A stretch of DNA of 64,000 nucleotides from assembly GCA_031459535.1 (NCBI GenBank), contig JAVKIJ010000001.1, positions 68,503 to 132,502 on the forward strand. Direction: 5' to 3'. The DNA comes from Candidatus Fervidifonticultor quintus. Lineage in GTDB: Bacteria; Sysuimicrobiota; Sysuimicrobiia; Sysuimicrobiales; Humicultoraceae. The notes under the pieces were generated by a model, which made no database searches, was not told the DNA's origin, and saw only the letters and a program-made list of their open reading frames with translations. Position numbers and translations under genes: made by a program. This document shows positions 7,469 through 16,001 of this stretch, in pieces. Position 1 is the stretch's first letter, and the number at the start of each line of letters is the position of its first letter.

Positions 7469-9085
7469 CTACGGGCTCGCCGCAGACACGGGGCTTGGGG
7501 GCATGCCGAAGACGCGCCGATACACGTCCTCTCCATGGCTGGTGGCGAGCGGCTCGCCTTCCAGGATTCGGTAGGTCCGACGCCCGTCGGGGAGTCGTTC
7601 GGCGCGAAGGAAGAGAGCCTCATCCAGTTGCTGCCGGTGCAGTGAGCGTGCGAGATCGAACAGGTGGGTGACGAAGACGATTCGCACACCGAGGTCCGCG
7701 AGCGCTCGGAGCACCTGGCGCGCGATCTCTGATCCTTCGCGCTCGTTGGTGGCAGCAAAGGACTCGTTGAGAAGAATGACAGAGTCCGGGCGGACGTGAT
7801 CGATGATCTCACTCATACGCCGCAGTTCTTCGTCGAACTTGCCGCTTCTCATCTCGACGTCCTCTTCCCTCTTGAAGTGGGTGAAGAGACCGCGGCAGAG
7901 GCTGGCGTGGAACGAGCGGACCGGAACGATCATACCCGCCTGCATCATCAGTAGCGCCGTGCCGATCGTGCGCAGGAAGGTGGACTTGCCGCCGGAGTTG
8001 GGACCGGTGATGATCAGGAGATTCTTCCGGTTCGCGTAGAGGTCGTTGGGGACCACGGGGCTATCGAGAGTCAGGGCGAGAGTGACGTCGTGCAGGCCCT
8101 GAAACGACAGCCGCCGCTCGCTCGCGGGAGAGGGCAGGGGCAGGGACGTGGGGTACCCCTTGCGGGTCAAGGATTCGTGGAGATTCAGACAGCCGATGTA
8201 GAAGGCGAGTTCCGCTCGCAGCATGGTGAAGAAGTCGCGCACGTGGTTGGCGGCTTGGCCCAGGGCGTCGGCGGCCGAGGCAGTGGCCCGATTGCGGAGC
8301 TCGGCCAGGGCCTGGACGCCGGCTTCGTCGCGGGGGGAGAGCTCGAAGCGATAGGTGGCTGGGTGCTCTTCGAAGAGGTTCTTCCACCAGTCGATCCAGG
8401 CTCGCCTGCGGGCCGAGGTCCGGTGCAAGCGGTAGTGGGTGCCCTTGTTGGCGGGGCCGAGCTCGGCACTGAACAGCAGGCCGTGTGGGAATGTGAGGTC
8501 GTGCAGGTGGCGTTCGACCGCTGTGAGGTAGTCGCCGCCGAGGTTCTGTTGGACCATGGCGAAGAACGTGGTCCAGGCCTGGGCGCCGAAGTGCCGTGCG
8601 TGGAACTCGGCGAGGTCGCGGAGCTTCCGGAGCGGTCCGAGGAGCTTCGTCATCGTCTCGCGGGAGTCGCGGAGCACCCAATCCGGGTAGCGAGAGAGCA
8701 CGCCGAGATAGTGCCCCCTCAACGGTTCTGTGGCTTCCACCGCGAGGGCGTAGAGATGGCGGACCACAGCCGGTTGGCGGAGGCAATCGGCCAGAACACA
8801 CTGACGATACAGAATCGTGTCGAGATCACCTTGCACGGCCTCCAGGAGGACTCTGCGGCTGACCTCAAAGACCCAGTCGTCGCCCCGTGCCATGGCGTCC
8901 AGGAGGGGAATCAGGGCCAGGTCCCGCTCGAGGTCCTCGGCGTTCCAGGGAAAGCCGGCATGGGGATTGAAGCCAGCGGGACGGGAGCGTCGTTGTCCAG
9001 TACGCGCGGCGGTGCGCTCCACTGCCGCCTGCTGTACGTGCTCCCAGTCCAGATCCAGCGTGGGATGCAGAAGGTGGGCCTTCAT
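7469..9085 (-). CDS. MutS-family ATPase (truncated type, no mismatch-binding or Smr domain), subunit B
   Basis: IITGPNSGGKST Walker A, THFKREED, SGKFDEEL, LLNESFAATN, VTH; ATG overlaps the upstream TGA. Confidence 0.88.
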   Translation of the reverse strand: MKAHLLHPTLDLDWEHVQQAAVERTAARTGQRRSRPAGFNPHAGFPWNAEDLERDLALIPLLDAMARGDDWVFEVSRRVLLEAVQGDLDTILYRQCVLADCLRQPAVVRHLYALAVEATEPLRGHYLGVLSRYPDWVLRDSRETMTKLLGPLRKLRDLAEFHARHFGAQAWTTFFAMVQQNLGGDYLTAVERHLHDLTFPHGLLFSAELGPANKGTHYRLHRTSARRRAWIDWWKNLFEEHPATYRFELSPRDEAGVQALAELRNRATASAADALGQAANHVRDFFTMLRAELAFYIGCLNLHESLTRKGYPTSLPLPSPASERRLSFQGLHDVTLALTLDSPVVPNDLYANRKNLLIITGPNSGGKSTFLRTIGTALLMMQAGMIVPVRSFHASLCRGLFTHFKREEDVEMRSGKFDEELRRMSEIIDHVRPDSVILLNESFAATNEREGSEIARQVLRALADLGVRIVFVTHLFDLARSLHRQQLDEALFLRAERLPDGRRTYRILEGEPLATSHGEDVYRRVFGMPPSPVSAASP

Positions 9086-10614
9086 GGACGAACGCGTTCT
9101 CGGATCGCGTCGTACGTCAGGCCGTGCTTCCGCGCCAGTGTCAGGGCGTAGGCAAGGCCGTCGGCGGGCCGCCGGACGATCTTGAAGGTGCGCACCTCGG
9201 GATTGTCGGGGGTGACCGTGGCGACCATGCTGACGGTCTTGGCGCTCCACGAGGCCAGCTCATCGAGGAATGTCACCCACACGCAGAAGGCGTCGAGCTC
9301 CGAGATGGCAGAAATGACTTGTCTGGCCAGAGAAAGAGCATCGCGCAAGGTGGTGGAGGAAAAAACCTCGTTGATGACGAGGACACTGCTGGCTGTGGCA
9401 GCTTGGAGGATCTGGTGGATCCTGAGCACGTCGTGCTCCAACTGGCCCTGGGGGCTCGCGACGGGCTCCCCTCGTTCGAAGTGGCTGAAGATCCGATCCG
9501 GCAGAGATAGCCGCGCTGAGGCGGCTGGGACGGGGCATCCCAGTGACGCTAGGTAGTGAAGCTGACCGAAGGTGCGGGCAAAGGTGGTCTTTCCACCCTG
9601 GTTTGGACCGGTGACGATGATGATGCGCTCCGGATCATTCAGGCAGAAGTCGTTGCACACCGGCAGGGAGCCCTCTCGGACGAGTCTGGCCGCCAGCGCC
9701 AGATCGAAGCACTGATGAGCGTACACCCGCTGGGACGAATCGCCGATCCGAGGATAGCAGAAGTTCAGACCCGCACGCTTCATTGGTGCGATGTACTCGA
9801 GATAAGCCATGTAGAATTGCACTTCTCGGTCAAAGGCCTCGATAGCGGGTTCGAGGAACGATCCATGGGCGCCGCGAAATGCGGCGAGGTCGGCGAAGAG
9901 TTCGGGGTACAGGGCTGCGACGCCGTCGAGGACTTGGGCCTCGACGTGGTTCATGTTGGAGGAATTTGGGAAGGTGAACTGGTAGCCAGAAGAGTGGGTC
10001 TGGCGGAAGCGTTGGAACGTGTGGGTGATTTCTGCGCTGTAGTCGGTCTCACCCTGGTGGTGGCGCACCTCGACGAGCAATCCGCGGATGAGGGTAGCGT
10101 AGCGGAGCGAGGAAAGCGCAGCCCGAAGACGGTCGGCTTCGTCTCTGAGTTGCCTGAAGGCCGGCCCAGATGCGTAGGCGAGGAGGAAGCGGCGAAACTC
10201 CAGGAGCCCGGCGGACTGAAGTCGCGCGGCGGAGAGGTGCTCGGCTAGGCGGGAAACGGCGTGGCAGTAAAGCCCGACGGCATCCAGGAACCAGCGCTCC
10301 TGCTGCCGCTGCCAGTACGCTTCTCTGGAGAGAGCGAGATGCGATCGAACGGTGCGCATGGCCGATGCAAAGTCAGCCACCTGGGCGAACAGCATGGAAT
10401 CTTCCAGATCCTTCATGACCGCCTGGCGGAAGAGGACCCCGCGGACCGAGGGGAGAGGGGTGTAGAAGAACGGGTTGAGATGATACTCCTCGCGGCCGGC
10501 GGCGACGCCGTTGACGACTTGGTCGAGAAGCAAGTCGGTAAAGAACGGCGGAGGCTCTGGCTGGAGGACCAGGCGCGCCTGATCGGGCGGAAAGAGCAGG
10601 CTCAGCCTCGTCAT
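9082..10614 (-). CDS. MutS-family ATPase (truncated type), subunit A
   Basis: IVTGPNQGGKTT Walker A, SHFERGE, GQLEHDV, VINEVFSSTT, AYALTLARKHGL. Confidence 0.88.
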   Translation of the reverse strand: MTRLSLLFPPDQARLVLQPEPPPFFTDLLLDQVVNGVAAGREEYHLNPFFYTPLPSVRGVLFRQAVMKDLEDSMLFAQVADFASAMRTVRSHLALSREAYWQRQQERWFLDAVGLYCHAVSRLAEHLSAARLQSAGLLEFRRFLLAYASGPAFRQLRDEADRLRAALSSLRYATLIRGLLVEVRHHQGETDYSAEITHTFQRFRQTHSSGYQFTFPNSSNMNHVEAQVLDGVAALYPELFADLAAFRGAHGSFLEPAIEAFDREVQFYMAYLEYIAPMKRAGLNFCYPRIGDSSQRVYAHQCFDLALAARLVREGSLPVCNDFCLNDPERIIIVTGPNQGGKTTFARTFGQLHYLASLGCPVPAASARLSLPDRIFSHFERGEPVASPQGQLEHDVLRIHQILQAATASSVLVINEVFSSTTLRDALSLARQVISAISELDAFCVWVTFLDELASWSAKTVSMVATVTPDNPEVRTFKIVRRPADGLAYALTLARKHGLTYDAIRERVRP

Positions 10615-10946
10615 GGCTTCGGCATCTGACGCTCGCATCGTAAGAGCAGCCCGCGCGCGGGCTCGAATCCTGGTTGGTCGTCGAGGATCTCGCGCAGGAT
10701 CTTCGCCGCGTCGGCGAACTGGCGTTGCTCGACGAGACTGTGGGCGAGGTGTAAGCGAAAGTGTGGTTCATACGGGTTGAGCCAAACAGCCAGCCGGAAG
10801 AAGCGCTCGGCAGGTTGGTACGCTTCGCACTTCATGAGATGTGCGCCGATTCGATCCTCGGCGTATCCCAGATGGGGACTAGGGCGCAGCAGTTCGTTGC
10901 GTCGCTCGTGAGGCGTGCCCCGGGTTCGACGCGCCGCCGCTACCAT
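10611..10946 (-). CDS. Small tetratricopeptide-repeat protein
   Basis: AERFFRLAVWLNPYEP and AAKILREILDDQPGF TPR patterns; overlaps both neighbours. Confidence 0.75.
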   Translation of the reverse strand: MVAAARRTRGTPHERRNELLRPSPHLGYAEDRIGAHLMKCEAYQPAERFFRLAVWLNPYEPHFRLHLAHSLVEQRQFADAAKILREILDDQPGFEPARGLLLRCERQMPKP

Positions 10947-11668
10947 CGCCACACCACGCCCGGCGCACCCACGTACTTGTGGAGCACACGCTGCCAGGAG
11001 GTGGCCTCCCCCTGGCTCATGGGCTCGTGCCTAAACCGATAGTCGTGCTTTCGCCAGAATTCCGACAGGTCGTTCAACAGACCCTCCAGGAGCGCTCGCT
11101 CCGCATTCGTTAGCCACTCGAGGTCCGAGGAGGACTCGGTCTGGGTCATCACGGTGGCGAGATGTCGGAGACACAACCCCAGGCTCGACGCGTAGCGGGC
11201 GCGGAAGTCCTCGTCCGGCAGCGCCTGGGCCGTGGCCCACGTGTACCGCTCCTCCGCCTGCCACTGGTCGGCGCAGGCGAGGCAGGGCCGCTGGGGAGTC
11301 AGCCATGCTGACAGGCTGCGGCCGAGCCCTCCGTTCGATCCACCGAACAACGCCAGGCGCAGCCCGACGGGCTGACTCACGCGTCCAGCGGCTTCCGTAA
11401 TGAAGGTGTCATAGAACTCCTGCAGCAGATGGCGATAGACAATGGCGATGCCGGTCTGGCTGTCCAGGATGTGTGTCAACCGCCAAGCGTGCGCCGCGCA
11501 GAAACCGCGCGAGGCGAGCAGGTCCTCTCGGGTCCAGGGGTCATTGACCCGCTCGTACAGAAATCCGTCGATCAGCCGCTCGACCCCCTGCACGCTGAGA
11601 TGACAGACCGCGCAGTGCTGCCAGTCGAGGGCATGATAGACCGCGAGGAACAACTGGTCGTGCTGCAT
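10940..11668 (-). CDS. DUF6062-like protein with duplicated CxxC...CxxH motifs
   Basis: CAVC...YERVND...GFCAAH and CLAC...GLCLRH; C-terminal RKHDYRF. Confidence 0.8.
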   Translation of the reverse strand: MQHDQLFLAVYHALDWQHCAVCHLSVQGVERLIDGFLYERVNDPWTREDLLASRGFCAAHAWRLTHILDSQTGIAIVYRHLLQEFYDTFITEAAGRVSQPVGLRLALFGGSNGGLGRSLSAWLTPQRPCLACADQWQAEERYTWATAQALPDEDFRARYASSLGLCLRHLATVMTQTESSSDLEWLTNAERALLEGLLNDLSEFWRKHDYRFRHEPMSQGEATSWQRVLHKYVGAPGVVWRW

Positions 11669-11671
11669 GGG

Positions 11672-12118
11672 CTATCGGCGCTCTCCAACGGGGCTGTCGC
11701 GCCCGGGCCGTGGTCCTGCACCATCGCCGGTGCTGATCAGACTGGCCTCGAGCTCGGCCACGGCCCGACGCAGCCGATCGTGCCGTGCCCGCTGGATGGC
11801 CAGCGATCGCTGATACTGGGCGTTGGACGCTTCCAGCCCCGTGATGTTGAGACGGAGAGTGCGGATGGCCTCATCGGCCAGGTAGGCCCGGTGCCGGAGG
11901 ATAGCCATCTCGGCCCTGGCAGCCGACCACTCATTGTGGAGCTGTTCGGTGGGTCGCTCCGATGCCGTCAATGCGTCAGCGGCATATGCCAGGAGGATCT
12001 TGACTCCCTCCTCAGGCGTCCAGCCCCTCTCGCGGATGAAGGCCTCGAACCGCGTACGGAGCCGGGCCGGGATCGGAACGGCGATCCGCTCCATCCGTGG
12101 AAAGACGAACTCACTCAC
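11672..12118 (-). CDS. Hypothetical protein: RHH-like N-terminus plus coiled coil
   Basis: IAVPIPARLRTRFEAFIRERGWTPEEGVKILL followed by a heptad-rich helix; coupled to the upstream stop. Confidence 0.7.
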   Translation of the reverse strand: MSEFVFPRMERIAVPIPARLRTRFEAFIRERGWTPEEGVKILLAYAADALTASERPTEQLHNEWSAARAEMAILRHRAYLADEAIRTLRLNITGLEASNAQYQRSLAIQRARHDRLRRAVAELEASLISTGDGAGPRPGRDSPVGERR

Positions 12119-12593
12119 GCCTGAACCTGCCCACGCCAAGGAGCCTGGCCAACCGGTTTCCCAGCGCCTGTGGACGCCTAGGCGATGGCGTCGGTGCAGT
12201 CAGCGCCTCTCGAAGTGATCGAAGCTTCGCGTCCAGCGCGTCCGTCTCACGTCGCAGAGGCCACATCTGCCCCCGGTTGGTCCGTAGCTCAGCCCCCAGG
12301 GCGTGCACCCTCTCCGAGAGCTCATGCATGAGTTTCTCGCTGGCAATGGTGCGGGCACGCAGGGACACCAGGAGGGCCTCGGTCTCCCGTCGCTTGAGTT
12401 CCTCACGCCGCCTCTGGGCGTCGAGGCCCGATTCTCCCTCCAAGGCTCGCCAGGAGGCTTCGTCCTGGGCGAACAGATCGATCCCCTGCTCCAGGAGCCA
12501 TGGCAGTCCCGCGTCGACTTCACGGCCGGCCATCTCAAGGGCTCGCCGGATCACAGCCCAGTCGTCGCTCAGCAACTCTACATCGATTGTCAT
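12111..12593 (-). CDS. Hypothetical protein: RHH-like N-terminus plus coiled coil; first gene behind riboswitch 2
   Basis: IDVELLSDDWAVIRRALEMAGREVDAGLPWLLEQG followed by a long coiled coil; AGGAG upstream. Confidence 0.7.
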   Translation of the reverse strand: MTIDVELLSDDWAVIRRALEMAGREVDAGLPWLLEQGIDLFAQDEASWRALEGESGLDAQRRREELKRRETEALLVSLRARTIASEKLMHELSERVHALGAELRTNRGQMWPLRRETDALDAKLRSLREALTAPTPSPRRPQALGNRLARLLGVGRFRRE

Positions 12594-12619
12594 TGCTTCA
12601 GCGAACTCCTGCATCCCGT

Positions 12620-12658
12620 AAACAAGAAGCCCCTACCGATCCACAGATCAGTAGGAGC
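12620..12658 (-). terminator. Intrinsic terminator of fluoride riboswitch 2
   Basis: GCTCCTACTGATC-TGTG-GATCGGTAGGGGC followed by TTCTTGTTT. Confidence 0.8.
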
Positions 12659-12699
12659 TATCAGCCTCGCGACATGAGGCGACGGCGAGCTCCATCGCC
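12651..12699 (-). ncRNA. Fluoride riboswitch (crcB motif), copy 2
   Basis: Minus strand GGCGATGGAGCTCGCC-GTC-GCCTC-ATGTCGC-GAGGC-TGATAGCTCCTAC. Confidence 0.9.
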
Positions 12700-12727
12700 T
12701 ATTCGATTTGAGCCTGCTTTGTAACAC

Positions 12728-12757
12728 AGTCTACCTTACCGGAAGTCACTGTGTCAA
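12728..12757 (-). promoter_or_regulatory. Sigma70-type promoter for the riboswitch-2 operon
   Basis: TTGACA (12757-12752), 18 nt, TAGACT (12733-12728), ~30 nt before the aptamer. Confidence 0.6.
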
Positions 12758-14112
12758 CGCGCCGAATCGCGCCGCCTGAGATCTTACCCTGGGGCCTATC
12801 GTCGCGTCATAGAAGATCTTACCGAGCCAAACCGGCATGCCAGGGTCCTGGGAGTAGAGATGAGCCCTACGTCGAGACGAGAATACATCCAGGCAATCCG
12901 CCAGCGCTATGTCCGCGCCCCGCGTGCTGTCAAGCAGCACCTGCGCGATGAGGTCTGTGCCGTGACTGGGTACCAACGCAAGTACGCTAGCCAGGTCCTC
13001 AACAGCGCGTCCCCGGCCAAGCACCCGTGTCCCCGGCGGCGCCGGGCTCCCACGTACGGCGCCAGGACCATCGCCCTCCTGGCCGCAATTTGGGAAGCCG
13101 CCGGGTACCCCTGGTCGGCGCGGCTCAAGGCCCTGCTGCCGCTCTGGTTGCCCTGGGCCACGCCGCGGTTTGCGATCACCCCCGAGCAGGAGCGCAGTTG
13201 CTGACGATCAGCCCCCGGACCATCGACCGTCGCCTCGAGGCCACGAAAACCCACCTGCGGTGCCGCCTCTATGGTCGCACCAAGCTTGGCACGCTACTCA
13301 AGCACCACATCCCCCTCAAGACCGATCGGTGGGACGTCACCACCCCCGGCTTCGCCGAGACGGACTTGGTCTCGCACTCCGGCAACGCCGCCGACGGCGA
13401 GTTTGTCCACTCCCTCAATCTGACCGACATCCAGTGCACCTGGGTCGAAACCCGCGCGGTGCTGGGCCGCGGGCAGACCGGCGTCCTCGCAGCCGTGGAC
13501 GAGATCGCGGAGGATCTCCCCTTTCTCCTGCGAGGACTAGACGCCGACAACGGCTCCGAGTTCATCAACCACCACCTCTTCCGGTACTGCCAGGACCACG
13601 GGATCCAGCTCACCCGCGGCCGGCCCTACAAGAAAGACGACAACGCCCACGTTGAGCAGAAGAACTGGACGCACGTCCGCAAGCTTCTGGGCTGGGATCG
13701 CTACGACTCCCACCAAGCCCTGGAGGCGATCAACGACCTCTACCGCCACGAGCTCCGGCTCATGATGAACCTGTTCCAGCCCTCGGTGAAGCTCGTCCGG
13801 AAAGTCCGCGTCGGCTCCCGGCTCAAGCGGGTCTATGACCGGCCCCAGACGCCCTTGGATCGTCTCCTGGCCACCGGCGCTGGCGACCCGGCGAAGGTCG
13901 CCGCCTTCCAGCAGCTGCGCACGCGCCTGGATCCCTTCGCGCTCACCCAGCCGATCGATCGGAAACTCGCCCGAATCTACCGCCTCGCGAACCACCGCCC
14001 CAGCCTCCCGTGCGTCGCCCCGCCACAAGGTCCGCCAGTGAAGTGCAAGGGGTGGGGTCCCGGCAGTGCCGCCGCGGAGGACTGGTTCGTCATCCGCGCG
14101 AAAGCAGACTGA
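12752..14112 (+). mobile_element. Defective insertion sequence (rve/DDE transposase, ISNCY/IS481-like); right end not found
   Basis: Possible TGT left end; 22-nt repeats TCGCG(C/T)C-N5-AGATCTTACC at 12767-12788 and 12802-12823; transposase downstream. Confidence 0.7.
12860..14112 (+). pseudogene. Integrase-core DDE transposase with a frameshift near 13194
   Basis: N-terminal ORF 12860-13204 continues in another frame (QLLTISPRTIDRRL); ETDLVSH, DADNGSEF and DNAHVEQKN catalytic motifs. Confidence 0.85.
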
Positions 14113-14149
14113 GAAAGCCCTGGGGCATCCTTCGGTGGAGGATTTTGCC

Positions 14150-15991
14150 ATGTTCGGATGGACCGGAAACATCCTCAGAGTCGATCTGACGCACAAGACA
14201 TTCCGAAGAGAGACGTTCGACGAGGCATTCGCCCACAAGTGGATCGGCGGCCGGGGATTCGCCGTGAAGACTCTCTGGGACGAGCTCGAACCGGGCATTG
14301 ATCCCTTGGGGCCCAAGAACAAGTTCGTCGTGGCCCTGGGCCCCATCGCCGGCATTGCCGCGCCCAATACGGGCAAGACCGTGGTCGCGGCCAAGTCGCC
14401 GCTGACCGGAGGGTACGGGGACGGCAACCTGGGCACCCGGGTCACGGAGCAACTCCGAAAGGCCGGCTACGACATGCTCATCGTCGAGGGGGCGGCGGAA
14501 GCACCCACGGTCCTCTTCATCGAGGATGATCGGGTGGAGTTCCACTCTGCCGCCGAGGTCTGGGGCCAGGGGACGTACGCAACTCACCACTGGATCTACG
14601 AGCGCTACGGCAAGACGGTTGGGGTGCTGGTCATCGGGCCCGGAGGGGAAAACCTCAACCGCTATGCCGTGGTCCGGAGCATGGAGGGACGCTCGGGCGG
14701 CCGGCCCGGGATGGGCGCGGTGATGGGGTCGAAGAAACTGAAGGCCATCGTGGTGAGGGGGCGCGGGTCCGTTCCCCAGGCCGATCCCGCAGCCATGAAG
14801 AAGCTGGGCTCCGCCGACCTGCGCGCGGTGCACCAGATCGACAAGAAGACCGGTTGGTCCCTCCAGGGCACCACCGGCATTCTCGCGTGGTGCAATGAGG
14901 TGGCCGCGCTGCCGGTCCGCAACATGAGGAAGACCCATCACCCTGATGCCAGGTTCATCGACGGGGAGCGGCTGCACGAAGCGCGGGTGGCGACCTACGG
15001 CTGTCCGATCTGCACCATGCCCTGCGGGATCGCCATCCACGACCGCGAAGGCCGGGAGTCCGAACTCGACTACGAGAACATCGGCATGCTAGGCAGTAAC
15101 CTGGAAATCTTCGAACTCGACCAGGTTGGCTCCCTCAACTTCCTGTGCGACGACTACGGCCTGGATACCATCTCTGCCGGCGGCGTCCTCGCCTTCTACG
15201 CCGACGCCATCGACCGGGGAGCGGTCAGTGGCGATTTCCGGTTCGGCGATGGCGAGCGAGCCAAGGTGCTGCTCCGTCTGGCGGCCCTCAGGGAAGGGGA
15301 GGTGGGCAACCTGCTGGCCGAGGGCACCATGCGCATGGCGCAGAGATTCGGCCGGGGCTCAGACGCCTACGCCATGCACGTCAAGGGGATGGAGATCTCC
15401 GCGTACAACTGCAAGCTCTCGCCCGCCATGGCCCTGGCGTACGGGACGAGCCCGATCGGTGCGCATCACAAGGACGCCTGGGTGATTACCTTCGAACTCA
15501 ACCAGACGGTTCGGGATTCCTACGGCCGGGAGAAAGCTCAAAAGGTCGTCGAGCTGCAGAGGATTCGGGGAGGCTTGTTTGAGTATCTGATTGCGTGCCG
15601 CTTTCCCTGGATCGAGGTCGGCTGGGAACTCGATCACTATCCGGTGTATTTCAACACCGTCACCGGGCTCCACTGGACGCTGGACGACTTCTGGAAGGTC
15701 AGCGACAGGATCTACGCACTCATGAAGTTCTTCTGGTTGCGGGAGTTTCCGGATTGGAACCGCAAGATGGACTACCCGCCTATGGTCTGGTTCGATCCCG
15801 CCAACGCCGATACCGACGGACCCATCGCGGGCAAGGTCCTCGATCTGGCACAGTACGACCGCCTCCTGAGCCACTACTATGATCTCCGCGGCTGGGACGA
15901 GAGAGGCGTGCCAACCCGGAGGACGGCGGCAGCCCTCGGCCTCGAGGACGAAGCTCGGCGGGCGGAGACGTTCGGAAGGTTGGAAGACTGA
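14150..15991 (+). CDS. Tungsten-dependent aldehyde:ferredoxin oxidoreductase (AOR family, FOR-like)
   Basis: IGGRG, KSPLTGGYGDGNLG, GRPGMGAVMGSKKLKA, CPICTMPC, DDYGLD, YYDLRGWDERGVP. Confidence 0.92.
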   Translation: MFGWTGNILRVDLTHKTFRRETFDEAFAHKWIGGRGFAVKTLWDELEPGIDPLGPKNKFVVALGPIAGIAAPNTGKTVVAAKSPLTGGYGDGNLGTRVTEQLRKAGYDMLIVEGAAEAPTVLFIEDDRVEFHSAAEVWGQGTYATHHWIYERYGKTVGVLVIGPGGENLNRYAVVRSMEGRSGGRPGMGAVMGSKKLKAIVVRGRGSVPQADPAAMKKLGSADLRAVHQIDKKTGWSLQGTTGILAWCNEVAALPVRNMRKTHHPDARFIDGERLHEARVATYGCPICTMPCGIAIHDREGRESELDYENIGMLGSNLEIFELDQVGSLNFLCDDYGLDTISAGGVLAFYADAIDRGAVSGDFRFGDGERAKVLLRLAALREGEVGNLLAEGTMRMAQRFGRGSDAYAMHVKGMEISAYNCKLSPAMALAYGTSPIGAHHKDAWVITFELNQTVRDSYGREKAQKVVELQRIRGGLFEYLIACRFPWIEVGWELDHYPVYFNTVTGLHWTLDDFWKVSDRIYALMKFFWLREFPDWNRKMDYPPMVWFDPANADTDGPIAGKVLDLAQYDRLLSHYYDLRGWDERGVPTRRTAAALGLEDEARRAETFGRLED

Positions 15992-16001
15992 GCCGCCGAC
16001 G

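Noticed and set aside
7469-10614. Calling the ATPases mutS or mutS2 (mismatch repair / ribosome rescue)
   Set aside because: They are too short, lack the mismatch-binding and Smr domains, have an altered Walker B, and there is no mutL nearby
13180-13204. Programmed frameshift in the transposase
   Set aside because: No slippery run such as A6G at the junction; a 1-nt deletion or sequencing error is simpler
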